Origin: Squalus acanthias
Lineage: Eukaryota
NCBI GenBank assembly: GCA_030390025.1
Contig: CM059434.1
Location: forward strand, 45,136,001-45,200,000
Reading direction: 5' to 3'
Length of the DNA stretch: 64,000 nt
Part shown: in pieces, positions 1 through 12,221 of the stretch
Position numbering within the stretch: the stretch's first letter is position 1
Layout of the letters: each line of letters opens with the position of its first letter
The notes under the pieces: generated by a model
Seen by the model: the letters and a program-made list of their open reading frames with translations, nothing else
Told to the model about the DNA's origin: nothing
Database searches by the model: none
Made by a program: the position numbers and the translations under genes

Positions 1-555
1 CATTTGCAGTGAGTATAATGCAGTCCGGAGCTTCCAGGGCTGCTAATGTTGGAAATGCAGCGAATAGCATAAATGAATGAATGAAAGGGTAGGAAACGAG
101 CACAGAGTCAGATTGAATGTGAGTGATTGCCAAACTAAATGTATGCCATTTAGTAGTGGGTCAAGTGTGGAGGAGAATGAAATGAGGTTTGCGCTCTCTC
201 GTGGCCGCGGCGAGCATAATTGTGTAAAGTGGAGATTTTGTCAGTGCAGTGGCTGCAGTGAGCAGCAGGGAGCAGTAAGAGTGAGTTGAATGTGACGGAG
301 ACAAAGTGTGGAATATGGTAGTTGAATGCTGTGATGATGATGGGGAGACTGTGTGCATGTGCGTGGTGGGCTGCTGAAGATTTCGGTGTTGTAAAGTGTG
401 AGGCTTTGTTGTGGCGATGATATTGGATGTGAGAGGGGAAATGATTGCGGGTCTCAAGATTAGTGTGGTGAGAAAAGGCAGCGAGTTTGATTGCAGTGTT
501 GGCGATGGACACGTGTGGAGGTTTTTTGTTTGTTTGTTGTAAAGCAAAGAGTGGG

Positions 556-559
556 AAAA
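556..559 (-). terminator. Pol III T4 terminator of 7SL (repeated in every unit)
   Basis: AAAA on plus = TTTT on minus, immediately after the 3' strand of helix 5. Confidence 0.8.
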
Positions 560-853
560 GGATGCGTCTCACTGTATTGGCCAGGCTGCACTGCAGCCTC
601 TATTCACAAGTGCGACCCGACTACTGAGCAGCACGGGGGCTTTGACCTGCTCCGTTTCCGACCTGGGCCGGTTCACCCCGCTTTATCCGACCTGGTGAGC
701 CCAGGCTATCCTAGGACCACCATGTGGATACTGGTCTTAGTGCGGACACCCGATCGGCACAGAAGACAGCAGTCCAGAACTCCTGACCTCAAGCAATCCT
801 GCAGCCTCAGCCTCCCAGCAGCGGGATCACAGGTACGCGCCACCGCACCCGGC
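556..853 (-). ncRNA. RN7SL: 7SL / SRP RNA gene, copy 1
   Basis: Minus strand reads GCCGGGTGCGGTGGCGCGTACCTGTGATCCC...GCCGATCGGGTGTCCGCACTAAG...GGTGAACCGGCCCAGGTCGGAAACGGAGCAGGTCAAA...CCTTTT. It is collinear with vertebrate 7SL, with Alu and S domains, ~298 nt and a T4 Pol III terminator at 556-559. Confidence 0.97.
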
Positions 854-883
854 GAGTTTTGCTCTTGTTTCAGCAGCCTTCAG

Positions 884-911
884 TTAAAAACGGCAGCAGC
901 TGCTCTGCTGC
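884..911 (-). promoter_or_regulatory. Putative upstream 7SL promoter elements (repeated in every unit): TATA-like TTTTTAA at -37..-31 and palindrome GCAGCAG-N5-CTGCTGC containing E-box CAGCTG at -49..-44
   Basis: Positions counted from +1 at 853. An internal B-box-like GAGTTCTGGAC lies at 772-782. Function is inferred from position only. Confidence 0.4.
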
Positions 912-1976
912 ACTGAGCAATACAGGTTTGATGCTGTGCTTCATTTACTCATCTGGTGTCATTGCATGCTGCTGTGACTCTAAGTAAGAGCATCAAGACA
1001 ACATCAGTGATTGCACATTTCTCGGTCAAGACAACATTCCGAATCTATCCGGCTATACTAGCCTTCAGCGCAAGTATCAGTGCCTTGCAAAATGAGGCGT
1101 TGTGACAAGCAGCGTGTCGGTTGGCTGTCGTTCAGATTCCCGTTTGCTGCGAGGATGGCAGCACGGAAGAGCAGAGTCATTTCTGATGGATAAATGCCTC
1201 ACTGACGCACAGTTCTTACTAAGTGAAGCGGCCAAGGCACACAATCAGTGAGCATTGCTGGTTTCCTCGGTCCCTGTTTTCTGCCCTGGCCTTCTCCTTC
1301 AGGTTACGTTAAGTAGCGACGACGTTGAACAATGGGGTTTCGGTGATCTCACAATGTGGCTTGGAGATAACTTGAGTCAGTGGAATTTAGAATGTAACTT
1401 TTGCTGTGTCTCGTTCAATTGCATTTGCAGTGAGTATAATGCAGTCCGGAGCTTCCAGGGCTGCTAATGTTGGAAATGCAGCGAATAGCATAAATGAATG
1501 AATGAAAGGGTAGGAAACGAGCACAGAGTCAGATTGAATGTGAGTGATTGCCAAACTAAATGTATGCCATTTAGTAGTGGGTCAAGTGTGGAGGAGAATG
1601 AAATGAGGTTTGCGCTCTCTCGTGGCCGCGGCGAGCATAATTGTGTAAAGTGGAGATTTTGTCAGTGCAGTGGCTGCAGTGAGCAGCAGGGAGCAGTAAG
1701 AGTGAGTTGAATGTGACGGAGACAAAGTGTGGAATATGGTAGTTGAATGCTGTGATGATGATGGGGAGACTGTGTGCATGTGCGTGGTGGGCTGCTGAAG
1801 ATTTCGGTGTTGTAAAGTGTGAGGCTTTGTTGTGGCGATGATATTGGATGTGAGAGGGGAAATGATTGCGGGTCTCAAGATTAGTGTGGTGAGAAAAGGC
1901 AGCGAGTTTGATTGCAGTGTTGGCGATGGACACGTGTGGAGGTTTTTTGTTTGTTTGTTGTAAAGCAAAGAGTGGG

Positions 1977-2274
1977 AAAAGGATGCGTCTCACTGTATTG
2001 GCCAGGCTGCACTGCAGCCTCTATTCACAAGTGCGACCCGACTACTGAGCAGCACGGGGGCTTTGACCTGCTCCGTTTCCGACCTGGGCCGGTTCACCCC
2101 GCTTTATCCGACCTGGTGAGCCCAGGCTATCCTAGGACCACCATGTGGATACTGGTCTTAGTGCGGACACCCGATCGGCACAGAAGACAGCAGTCCAGAA
2201 CTCCTGACCTCAAGCAATCCTGCAGCCTCAGCCTCCCAGCAGCGGGATCACAGGTACGCGCCACCGCACCCGGC
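1977..2274 (-). ncRNA. RN7SL: 7SL / SRP RNA gene, copy 2
   Basis: Same sequence as copy 1, offset 1421. Confidence 0.97.
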
Positions 2275-3397
2275 GAGTTTTGCTCTTGTTTCAGCAGCCT
2301 TCAGTTAAAAACGGCAGCAGCTGCTCTGCTGCACTGAGCAATACAGGTTTGATGCTGTGCTTCATTTACTCATCTGGTGTCATTGCATGCTGCTGTGACT
2401 CTAAGTAAGAGCATCAAGACAATATCAGTGATTGCACATTTCTCGGTCAAGACAACATTCCGAATCTATCCGGCTATACTAGCCTTCAGCGCAAGTATCA
2501 GTGCCTTGCAAAATGAGGCGTTGTGACAAGCAGCGTGTCGGTTGGCTGTCGTTCAGATTCCCGTTTGCTGCGAGGATGGCAGCACGGAAGAGCAGAGTCA
2601 TTTCTGATGGATAAATGCCTCACTGACGCACAGTTCTTACTAAGTGAAGCGGCCAAGGCACACAATCAGTGAGCATTGCTGGTTTCCTCGGTCCCTGTTT
2701 TCTGCCCTGGCCTTCTCCTTCAGGTTACGTTAAGTAGCGACGACGTTGAACAATGGGGTTTCGGTGATCTCACAATGTGGCTTGGAGATAACTTGAGTCA
2801 GTGGAATTTAGAATGTAACTTTTGCTGTGTCTCGTTCAATTGCATTTGCAGTGAGTATAATGCAGTCCGGAGCTTCCAGGGCTGCTAATGTTGGAAATGC
2901 AGCGAATAGCATAAATGAATGAATGAAAGGGTAGGAAACGAGCACAGAGTCAGATTGAATGTGAGTGATTGCCAAACTAAATGTATGCCATTTAGTAGTG
3001 GGTCAAGTGTGGAGGAGAATGAAATGAGGTTTGCGCTCTCTCGTGGCCGCGGCGAGCATAATTGTGTAAAGTGGAGATTTTGTCAGTGCAGTGGCTGCAG
3101 TGAGCAGCAGGGAGCAGTAAGAGTGAGTTGAATGTGACGGAGACAAAGTGTGGAATATGGTAGTTGAATGCTGTGATGATGATGGGGAGACTGTGTGCAT
3201 GTGCGTGGTGGGCTGCTGAAGATTTCGGTGTTGTAAAGTGTGAGGCTTTGTTGTGGCGATGATATTGGATGTGAGAGGGGAAATGATTGCGGGTCTCAAG
3301 ATTAGTGTGGTGAGAAAAGGCAGCGAGTTTGATTGCAGTGTTGGCGATGGACACGTGTGGAGGTTTTTTGTTTGTTTGTTGTAAAGCAAAGAGTGGG

Positions 3398-3695
3398 AAA
3401 AGGATGCGTCTCACTGTATTGGCCAGGCTGCACTGCAGCCTCTATTCACAAGTGCGACCCGACTACTGAGCAGCACGGGGGCTTTGACCTGCTCCGTTTC
3501 CGACCTGGGCCGGTTCACCCCGCTTTATCCGACCTGGTGAGCCCAGGCTATCCTAGGACCACCATGTGGATACTGGTCTTAGTGCGGACACCCGATCGGC
3601 ACAGAAGACAGCAGTCCAGAACTCCTGACCTCAAGCAATCCTGCAGCCTCAGCCTCCCAGCAGCGGGATCACAGGTACGCGCCACCGCACCCGGC
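3398..3695 (-). ncRNA. RN7SL: 7SL / SRP RNA gene, copy 3
   Basis: Same sequence as copy 1. Confidence 0.97.
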
Positions 3696-4818
3696 GAGTT
3701 TTGCTCTTGTTTCAGCAGCCTTCAGTTAAAAACGGCAGCAGCTGCTCTGCTGCACTGAGCAATACAGGTTTGATGCTGTGCTTCATTTACTCATCTGGTG
3801 TCATTGCATGCTGCTGTGACTCTAAGTAAGAGCATCAAGACAACATCAGTGATTGCACATTTCTCGGTCAAGACAACATTCCGAATCTATCCGGCTATAC
3901 TAGCCTTCAGCGCAAGTATCAGTGCCTTGCAAAATGAGGCGTTGTGACAAGCAGCGTGTCGGTTGGCTGTCGTTCAGATTCCCGTTTGCTGCGAGGATGG
4001 CAGCACGGAAGAGCAGAGTCATTTCTGATGGATAAATGCCTCACTGACGCACAGTTCTTACTAAGTGAAGCGGCCAAGGCACACAATCAGTGAGCATTGC
4101 TGGTTTCCTCGGTCCCTGTTTTCTGCCCTGGCCTTCTCCTTCAGGTTACGTTAAGTAGCGACGACGTTGAACAATGGGGTTTCGGTGATCTCACAATGTG
4201 GCTTGGAGATAACTTGAGTCAGTGGAATTTAGAATGAAACTTTTGCTGTGTCTCGTTCAATTGCATTTGCAGTGAGTATAATGCAGTCCGGAGCTTCCAG
4301 GGCTGCTAATGTTGGAAATGCAGCGAATAGCATAAATGAATGAATGAAAGGGTAGGAAACGAGCACAGAGTCAGATTGAATGTGAGTGATTGCCAAACTA
4401 AATGTATGCCATTTAGTAGTGGGTCAAGTGTGGAGGAGAATGAAATGAGGTTTGCGCTCTCTCGTGGCCGCGGCGAGCATAATTGTGTAAAGTGGAGATT
4501 TTGTCAGTGCAGTGGCTGCAGTGAGCAGCAGGGAGCAGTAAGAGTGAGTTGAATGTGACGGAGACAAAGTGTGGAATATGGTAGTTGAATGCTGTGATGA
4601 TGATGGGGAGACTGTGTGCATGTGCGTGGTGGGCTGCTGAAGATTTCGGTGTTGTAAAGTGTGAGGCTTTGTTGTGGCGATGATATTGGATGTGAGAGGG
4701 GAAATGATTGCGGGTCTCAAGATTAGTGTGGTGAGAAAAGGCAGCGAGTTTGATTGCAGTGTTGGCGATGGACACGTGTGGAGGTTTTTTGTTTGTTTGT
4801 TGTAAAGCAAAGAGTGGG

Positions 4819-5116
4819 AAAAGGATGCGTCTCACTGTATTGGCCAGGCTGCACTGCAGCCTCTATTCACAAGTGCGACCCGACTACTGAGCAGCACGGG
4901 GGCTTTGACCTGCTCCGTTTCCGACCTGGGCCGGTTCACCCCGCTTTATCCGACCTGGTGAGCCCAGGCTATCCTAGGACCACCATGTGGATACTGGTCT
5001 TAGTGCGGACACCCGATCGGCACAGAAGACAGCAGTCCAGAACTCCTGACCTCAAGCAATCCTGCAGCCTCAGCCTCCCAGCAGCGGGATCACAGGTACG
5101 CGCCACCGCACCCGGC
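4819..5116 (-). ncRNA. RN7SL: 7SL / SRP RNA gene, copy 4
   Basis: Same sequence as copy 1. Confidence 0.97.
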
Positions 5117-6239
5117 GAGTTTTGCTCTTGTTTCAGCAGCCTTCAGTTAAAAACGGCAGCAGCTGCTCTGCTGCACTGAGCAATACAGGTTTGATGCTGT
5201 GCTTCATTTACTCATCTGGTGTCATTGCATGCTGCTGTGACTCTAAGTAAGAGCATCAAGACAACATCAGTGATTGCACATTTCTCGGTCAAGACAACAT
5301 TCCGAATCTATCCGGCTATACTAGCCTTCAGCGCAAGTATCAGTGCCTTGCAAAATGAGGCGTTGTGACAAGCAGCGTGTCGGTTGGCTGTCGTTCAGAT
5401 TCCCGTTTGCTGCGAGGATGGCAGCACGGAAGAGCAGAGTCATTTCTGATGGATAAATGCCTCACTGACGCACAGTTCTTACTAAGTGAAGCGGCCAAGG
5501 CACACAATCAGTGAGCATTGCTGGTTTCCTCGGTCCCTGTTTTCTGCCCTGGCCTTCTCCTTCAGGTTACGTTAAGTAGCGACGACGTTGAACAATGGGG
5601 TTTCGGTGATCTCACAATGTGGCTTGGAGATAACTTGAGTCAGTGGAATTTAGAATGAAACTTTTGCTGTGTCTCGTTCAATTGCATTTGCAGTGAGTAT
5701 AATGCAGTCCGGAGCTTCCAGGGCTGCTAATGTTGGAAATGCAGCGAATAGCATAAATGAATGAATGAAAGGGTAGGAAACGAGCACAGAGTCAGATTGA
5801 ATGTGAGTGATTGCCAAACTAAATGTATGCCATTTAGTAGTGGGTCAAGTGTGGAGGAGAATGAAATGAGGTTTGCGCTCTCTCGTGGCCGCGGCGAGCA
5901 TAATTGTGTAAAGTGGAGATTTTGTCAGTGCAGTGGCTGCAGTGAGCAGCAGGGAGCAGTAAGAGTGAGTTGAATGTGACGGAGACAAAGTGTGGAATAT
6001 GGTAGTTGAATGCTGTGATGATGATGGGGAGACTGTGTGCATGTGCGTGGTGGGCTGCTGAAGATTTCGGTGTTGTAAAGTGTGAGGCTTTGTTGTGGCG
6101 ATGATATTGGATGTGAGAGGGGAAATGATTGCGGGTCTCAAGATTAGTGTGGTGAGAAAAGGCAGCGAGTTTGATTGCAGTGTTGGCGATGGACACGTGT
6201 GGAGGTTTTTTGTTTGTTTGTTGTAAAGCAAAGAGTGGG

Positions 6240-6537
6240 AAAAGGATGCGTCTCACTGTATTGGCCAGGCTGCACTGCAGCCTCTATTCACAAGTGCGAC
6301 CCGACTACTGAGCAGCACGGGGGCTTTGACCTGCTCCGTTTCCGACCTGGGCCGGTTCACCCCGCTTTATCCGACCTGGTGAGCCCAGGCTATCCTAGGA
6401 CCACCATGTGGATACTGGTCTTAGTGCGGACACCCGATCGGCACAGAAGACAGCAGTCCAGAACTCCTGACCTCAAGCAATCCTGCAGCCTCAGCCTCCC
6501 AGCAGCGGGATCACAGGTACGCGCCACCGCACCCGGC
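6240..6537 (-). ncRNA. RN7SL: 7SL / SRP RNA gene, copy 5
   Basis: Same sequence as copy 1. Confidence 0.97.
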
Positions 6538-7660
6538 GAGTTTTGCTCTTGTTTCAGCAGCCTTCAGTTAAAAACGGCAGCAGCTGCTCTGCTGCACTGA
6601 GCAATACAGGTTTGATGCTGTGCTTCATTTACTCATCTGGTGTCATTGCATGCTGCTGTGACTCTAAGTAAGAGCATCAAGACAACATCAGTGATTGCAC
6701 ATTTCTCGGTCAAGACAACATTCCGAATCTATCCGGCTATACTAGCCTTCAGCGCAAGTATCAGTGCCTTGCAAAATGAGGCGTTGTGACAAGCAGCGTG
6801 TCGGTTGGCTGTCGTTCAGATTCCCGTTTGCTGCGAGGATGGCAGCACGGAAGAGCAGAGTCATTTCTGATGGATAAATGCCTCACTGACGCACAGTTCT
6901 TACTAAGTGAAGCGGCCAAGGCACACAATCAGTGAGCATTGCTGGTTTCCTCGGTCCCTGTTTTCTGCCCTGGCCTTCTCCTTCAGGTTACGTTAAGTAG
7001 CGACGACGTTGAACAATGGGGTTTCGGTGATCTCACAATGTGGCTTGGAGATAACTTGAGTCAGTGGAATTTAGAATGAAACTTTTGCTGTGTCTCGTTC
7101 AATTGCATTTGCAGTGAGTATAATGCAGTCCGGAGCTTCCAGGGCTGCTAATGTTGGAAATGCAGCGAATAGCATAAATGAATGAATGAAAGGGTAGGAA
7201 ACGAGCACAGAGTCAGATTGAATGTGAGTGATTGCCAAACTAAATGTATGCCATTTAGTAGTGGGTCAAGTGTGGAGGAGAATGAAATGAGGTTTGCGCT
7301 CTCTCGTGGCCGCGGCGAGCATAATTGTGTAAAGTGGAGATTTTGTCAGTGCAGTGGCTGCAGTGAGCAGCAGGGAGCAGTAAGAGTGAGTTGAATGTGA
7401 CGGAGACAAAGTGTGGAATATGGTAGTTGAATGCTGTGATGATGATGGGGAGACTGTGTGCATGTGCGTGGTGGGCTGCTGAAGATTTCGGTGTTGTAAA
7501 GTGTGAGGCTTTGTTGTGGCGATGATATTGGATGTGAGAGGGGAAATGATTGCGGGTCTCAAGATTAGTGTGGTGAGAAAAGGCAGCGAGTTTGATTGCA
7601 GTGTTGGCGATGGACACGTGTGGAGGTTTTTTGTTTGTTTGTTGTAAAGCAAAGAGTGGG

Positions 7661-7958
7661 AAAAGGATGCGTCTCACTGTATTGGCCAGGCTGCACTGCA
7701 GCCTCTATTCACAAGTGCGACCCGACTACTGAGCAGCACGGGGGCTTTGACCTGCTCCGTTTCCGACCTGGGCCGGTTCACCCCGCTTTATCCGACCTGG
7801 TGAGCCCAGGCTATCCTAGGACCACCATGTGGATACTGGTCTTAGTGCGGACACCCGATCGGCACAGAAGACAGCAGTCCAGAACTCCTGACCTCAAGCA
7901 ATCCTGCAGCCTCAGCCTCCCAGCAGCGGGATCACAGGTACGCGCCACCGCACCCGGC
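7661..7958 (-). ncRNA. RN7SL: 7SL / SRP RNA gene, copy 6
   Basis: Same sequence as copy 1. Confidence 0.97.
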
Positions 7959-9081
7959 GAGTTTTGCTCTTGTTTCAGCAGCCTTCAGTTAAAAACGGCA
8001 GCAGCTGCTCTGCTGCACTGAGCAATACAGGTTTGATGCTGTGCTTCATTTACTCATCTGGTGTCATTGCATGCTGCTGTGACTCTAAGTAAGAGCATCA
8101 AGACAATATCAGTGATTGCACATTTCTCGGTCAAGACAACATTCCGAATCTATCCGGCTATACTAGCCTTCAGCGCAAGTATCAGTGCCTTGCAAAATGA
8201 GGCGTTGTGACAAGCAGCGTGTCGGTTGGCTGTCGTTCAGATTCCCGTTTGCTGCGAGGATGGCAGCACGGAAGAGCAGAGTCATTTCTGATGGATAAAT
8301 GCCTCACTGACGCACAGTTCTTACTAAGTGAAGCGGCCAAGGCACACAATCAGTGAGCATTGCTGGTTTCCTCGGTCCCTGTTTTCTGCCCTGGCCTTCT
8401 CCTTCAGGTTACGTTAAGTAGCGACGACGTTGAACAATGGGGTTTCGGTGATCTCACAATGTGGCTTGGAGATAACTTGAGTCAGTGGAATTTAGAATGA
8501 AACTTTTGCTGTGTCTCGTTCAATTGCATTTGCAGTGAGTATAATGCAGTCCGGAGCTTCCAGGGCTGCTAATGTTGGAAATGCAGCGAATAGCATAAAT
8601 GAATGAATGAAAGGGTAGGAAACGAGCACAGAGTCAGATTGAATGTGAGTGATTGCCAAACTAAATGTATGCCATTTAGTAGTGGGTCAAGTGTGGAGGA
8701 GAATGAAATGAGGTTTGCGCTCTCTCGTGGCCGCGGCGAGCATAATTGTGTAAAGTGGAGATTTTGTCAGTGCAGTGGCTGCAGTGAGCAGCAGGGAGCA
8801 GTAAGAGTGAGTTGAATGTGACGGAGACAAAGTGTGGAATATGGTAGTTGAATGCTGTGATGATGATGGGGAGACTGTGTGCATGTGCGTGGTGGGCTGC
8901 TGAAGATTTCGGTGTTGTAAAGTGTGAGGCTTTGTTGTGGCGATGATATTGGATGTGAGAGGGGAAATGATTGCGGGTCTCAAGATTAGTGTGGTGAGAA
9001 AAGGCAGCGAGTTTGATTGCAGTGTTGGCGATGGACACGTGTGGAGGTTTTTTGTTTGTTTGTTGTAAAGCAAAGAGTGGG

Positions 9082-9379
9082 AAAAGGATGCGTCTCACTG
9101 TATTGGCCAGGCTGCACTGCAGCCTCTATTCACAAGTGCGACCCGACTACTGAGCAGCACGGGGGCTTTGACCTGCTCCGTTTCCGACCTGGGCCGGTTC
9201 ACCCCGCTTTATCCGACCTGGTGAGCCCAGGCTATCCTAGGACCACCATGTGGATACTGGTCTTAGTGCGGACACCCGATCGGCACAGAAGACAGCAGTC
9301 CAGAACTCCTGACCTCAAGCAATCCTGCAGCCTCAGCCTCCCAGCAGCGGGATCACAGGTACGCGCCACCGCACCCGGC
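9082..9379 (-). ncRNA. RN7SL: 7SL / SRP RNA gene, copy 7
   Basis: Same sequence as copy 1. Confidence 0.97.
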
Positions 9380-10502
9380 GAGTTTTGCTCTTGTTTCAGC
9401 AGCCTTCAGTTAAAAACGGCAGCAGCTGCTCTGCTGCACTGAGCAATACAGGTTTGATGCTGTGCTTCATTTACTCATCTGGTGTCATTGCATGCTGCTG
9501 TGACTCTAAGTAAGAGCATCAAGACAACATCAGTGATTGCACATTTCTCGGTCAAGACAACATTCCGAATCTATCCGGCTATACTAGCCTTCAGCGCAAG
9601 TATCAGTGCCTTGCAAAATGAGGCGTTGTGACAAGCAGCGTGTCGGTTGGCTGTCGTTCAGATTCCCGTTTGCTGCGAGGATGGCAGCACGGAAGAGCAG
9701 AGTCATTTCTGATGGATAAATGCCTCACTGACGCACAGTTCTTACTAAGTGAAGCGGCCAAGGCACACAATCAGTGAGCATTGCTGGTTTCCTCGGTCCC
9801 TGTTTTCTGCCCTGGCCTTCTCCTTCAGGTTACGTTAAGTAGCGACGACGTTGAACAATGGGGTTTCGGTGATCTCACAATGTGGCTTGGAGATAACTTG
9901 AGTCAGTGGAATTTAGAATGAAACTTTTGCTGTGTCTCGTTCAATTGCATTTGCAGTGAGTATAATGCAGTCCGGAGCTTCCAGGGCTGCTAATGTTGGA
10001 AATGCAGCGAATAGCATAAATGAATGAATGAAAGGGTAGGAAACGAGCACAGAGTCAGATTGAATGTGAGTGATTGCCAAACTAAATGTATGCCATTTAG
10101 TAGTGGGTCAAGTGTGGAGGAGAATGAAATGAGGTTTGCGCTCTCTCGTGGCCGCGGCGAGCATAATTGTGTAAAGTGGAGATTTTGTCAGTGCAGTGGC
10201 TGCAGTGAGCAGCAGGGAGCAGTAAGAGTGAGTTGAATGTGACGGAGACAAAGTGTGGAATATGGTAGTTGAATGCTGTGATGATGATGGGGAGACTGTG
10301 TGCATGTGCGTGGTGGGCTGCTGAAGATTTCGGTGTTGTAAAGTGTGAGGCTTTGTTGTGGCGATGATATTGGATGTGAGAGGGGAAATGATTGCGGGTC
10401 TCAAGATTAGTGTGGTGAGAAAAGGCAGCGAGTTTGATTGCAGTGTTGGCGATGGACACGTGTGGAGGTTTTTTGTTTGTTTGTTGTAAAGCAAAGAGTG
10501 GG

Positions 10503-10800
10503 AAAAGGATGCGTCTCACTGTATTGGCCAGGCTGCACTGCAGCCTCTATTCACAAGTGCGACCCGACTACTGAGCAGCACGGGGGCTTTGACCTGCTCC
10601 GTTTCCGACCTGGGCCGGTTCACCCCGCTTTATCCGACCTGGTGAGCCCAGGCTATCCTAGGACCACCATGTGGATACTGGTCTTAGTGCGGACACCCGA
10701 TCGGCACAGAAGACAGCAGTCCAGAACTCCTGACCTCAAGCAATCCTGCAGCCTCAGCCTCCCAGCAGCGGGATCACAGGTACGCGCCACCGCACCCGGC
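10503..10800 (-). ncRNA. RN7SL: 7SL / SRP RNA gene, copy 8
   Basis: Same sequence as copy 1. Confidence 0.97.
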
Positions 10801-11923
10801 GAGTTTTGCTCTTGTTTCAGCAGCCTTCAGTTAAAAACGGCAGCAGCTGCTCTGCTGCACTGAGCAATACAGGTTTGATGCTGTGCTTCATTTACTCATC
10901 TGGTGTCATTGCATGCTGCTGTGACTCTAAGTAAGAGCATCAAGACAACATCAGTGATTGCACATTTCTCGGTCAAGACAACATTCCGAATCTATCCGGC
11001 TATACTAGCCTTCAGCGCAAGTATCAGTGCCTTGCAAAATGAGGCGTTGTGACAAGCAGCGTGTCGGTTGGCTGTCGTTCAGATTCCCGTTTGCTGCGAG
11101 GATGGCAGCACGGAAGAGCAGAGTCATTTCTGATGGATAAATGCCTCACTGACGCACAGTTCTTACTAAGTGAAGCGGCCAAGGCACACAATCAGTGAGC
11201 ATTGCTGGTTTCCTCGGTCCCTGTTTTCTGCCCTGGCCTTCTCCTTCAGGTTACGTTAAGTAGCGACGACGTTGAACAATGGGGTTTCGGTGATCTCACA
11301 ATGTGGCTTGGAGATAACTTGAGTCAGTGGAATTTAGAATGAAACTTTTGCTGTGTCTCGTTCAATTGCATTTGCAGTGAGTATAATGCAGTCCGGAGCT
11401 TCCAGGGCTGCTAATGTTGGAAATGCAGCGAATAGCATAAATGAATGAATGAAAGGGTAGGAAACGAGCACAGAGTCAGATTGAATGTGAGTGATTGCCA
11501 AACTAAATGTATGCCATTTAGTAGTGGGTCAAGTGTGGAGGAGAATGAAATGAGGTTTGCGCTCTCTCGTGGCCGCGGCGAGCATAATTGTGTAAAGTGG
11601 AGATTTTGTCAGTGCAGTGGCTGCAGTGAGCAGCAGGGAGCAGTAAGAGTGAGTTGAATGTGACGGAGACAAAGTGTGGAATATGGTAGTTGAATGCTGT
11701 GATGATGATGGGGAGACTGTGTGCATGTGCGTGGTGGGCTGCTGAAGATTTCGGTGTTGTAAAGTGTGAGGCTTTGTTGTGGCGATGATATTGGATGTGA
11801 GAGGGGAAATGATTGCGGGTCTCAAGATTAGTGTGGTGAGAAAAGGCAGCGAGTTTGATTGCAGTGTTGGCGATGGACACGTGTGGAGGTTTTTTGTTTG
11901 TTTGTTGTAAAGCAAAGAGTGGG

Positions 11924-12221
11924 AAAAGGATGCGTCTCACTGTATTGGCCAGGCTGCACTGCAGCCTCTATTCACAAGTGCGACCCGACTACTGAGCAGC
12001 ACGGGGGCTTTGACCTGCTCCGTTTCCGACCTGGGCCGGTTCACCCCGCTTTATCCGACCTGGTGAGCCCAGGCTATCCTAGGACCACCATGTGGATACT
12101 GGTCTTAGTGCGGACACCCGATCGGCACAGAAGACAGCAGTCCAGAACTCCTGACCTCAAGCAATCCTGCAGCCTCAGCCTCCCAGCAGCGGGATCACAG
12201 GTACGCGCCACCGCACCCGGC
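11924..12221 (-). ncRNA. RN7SL: 7SL / SRP RNA gene, copy 9
   Basis: Same sequence as copy 1. Confidence 0.97.

Noticed and set aside
770-853. Alu element or primate contamination (CTCCTGACCTCAAGCAATCC...CCTCAGCCTCCC)
   Set aside because: The sequence continues into a complete S domain, so it is full 7SL rather than Alu, and the surrounding repeats are not mammalian
854-1976. A second small RNA gene (5S, tRNA, U snRNA) in the spacer
   Set aside because: I found no recognisable A/B/C boxes, PSE, Sm site or cloverleaf by eye; an Rfam scan would be needed to exclude it fully
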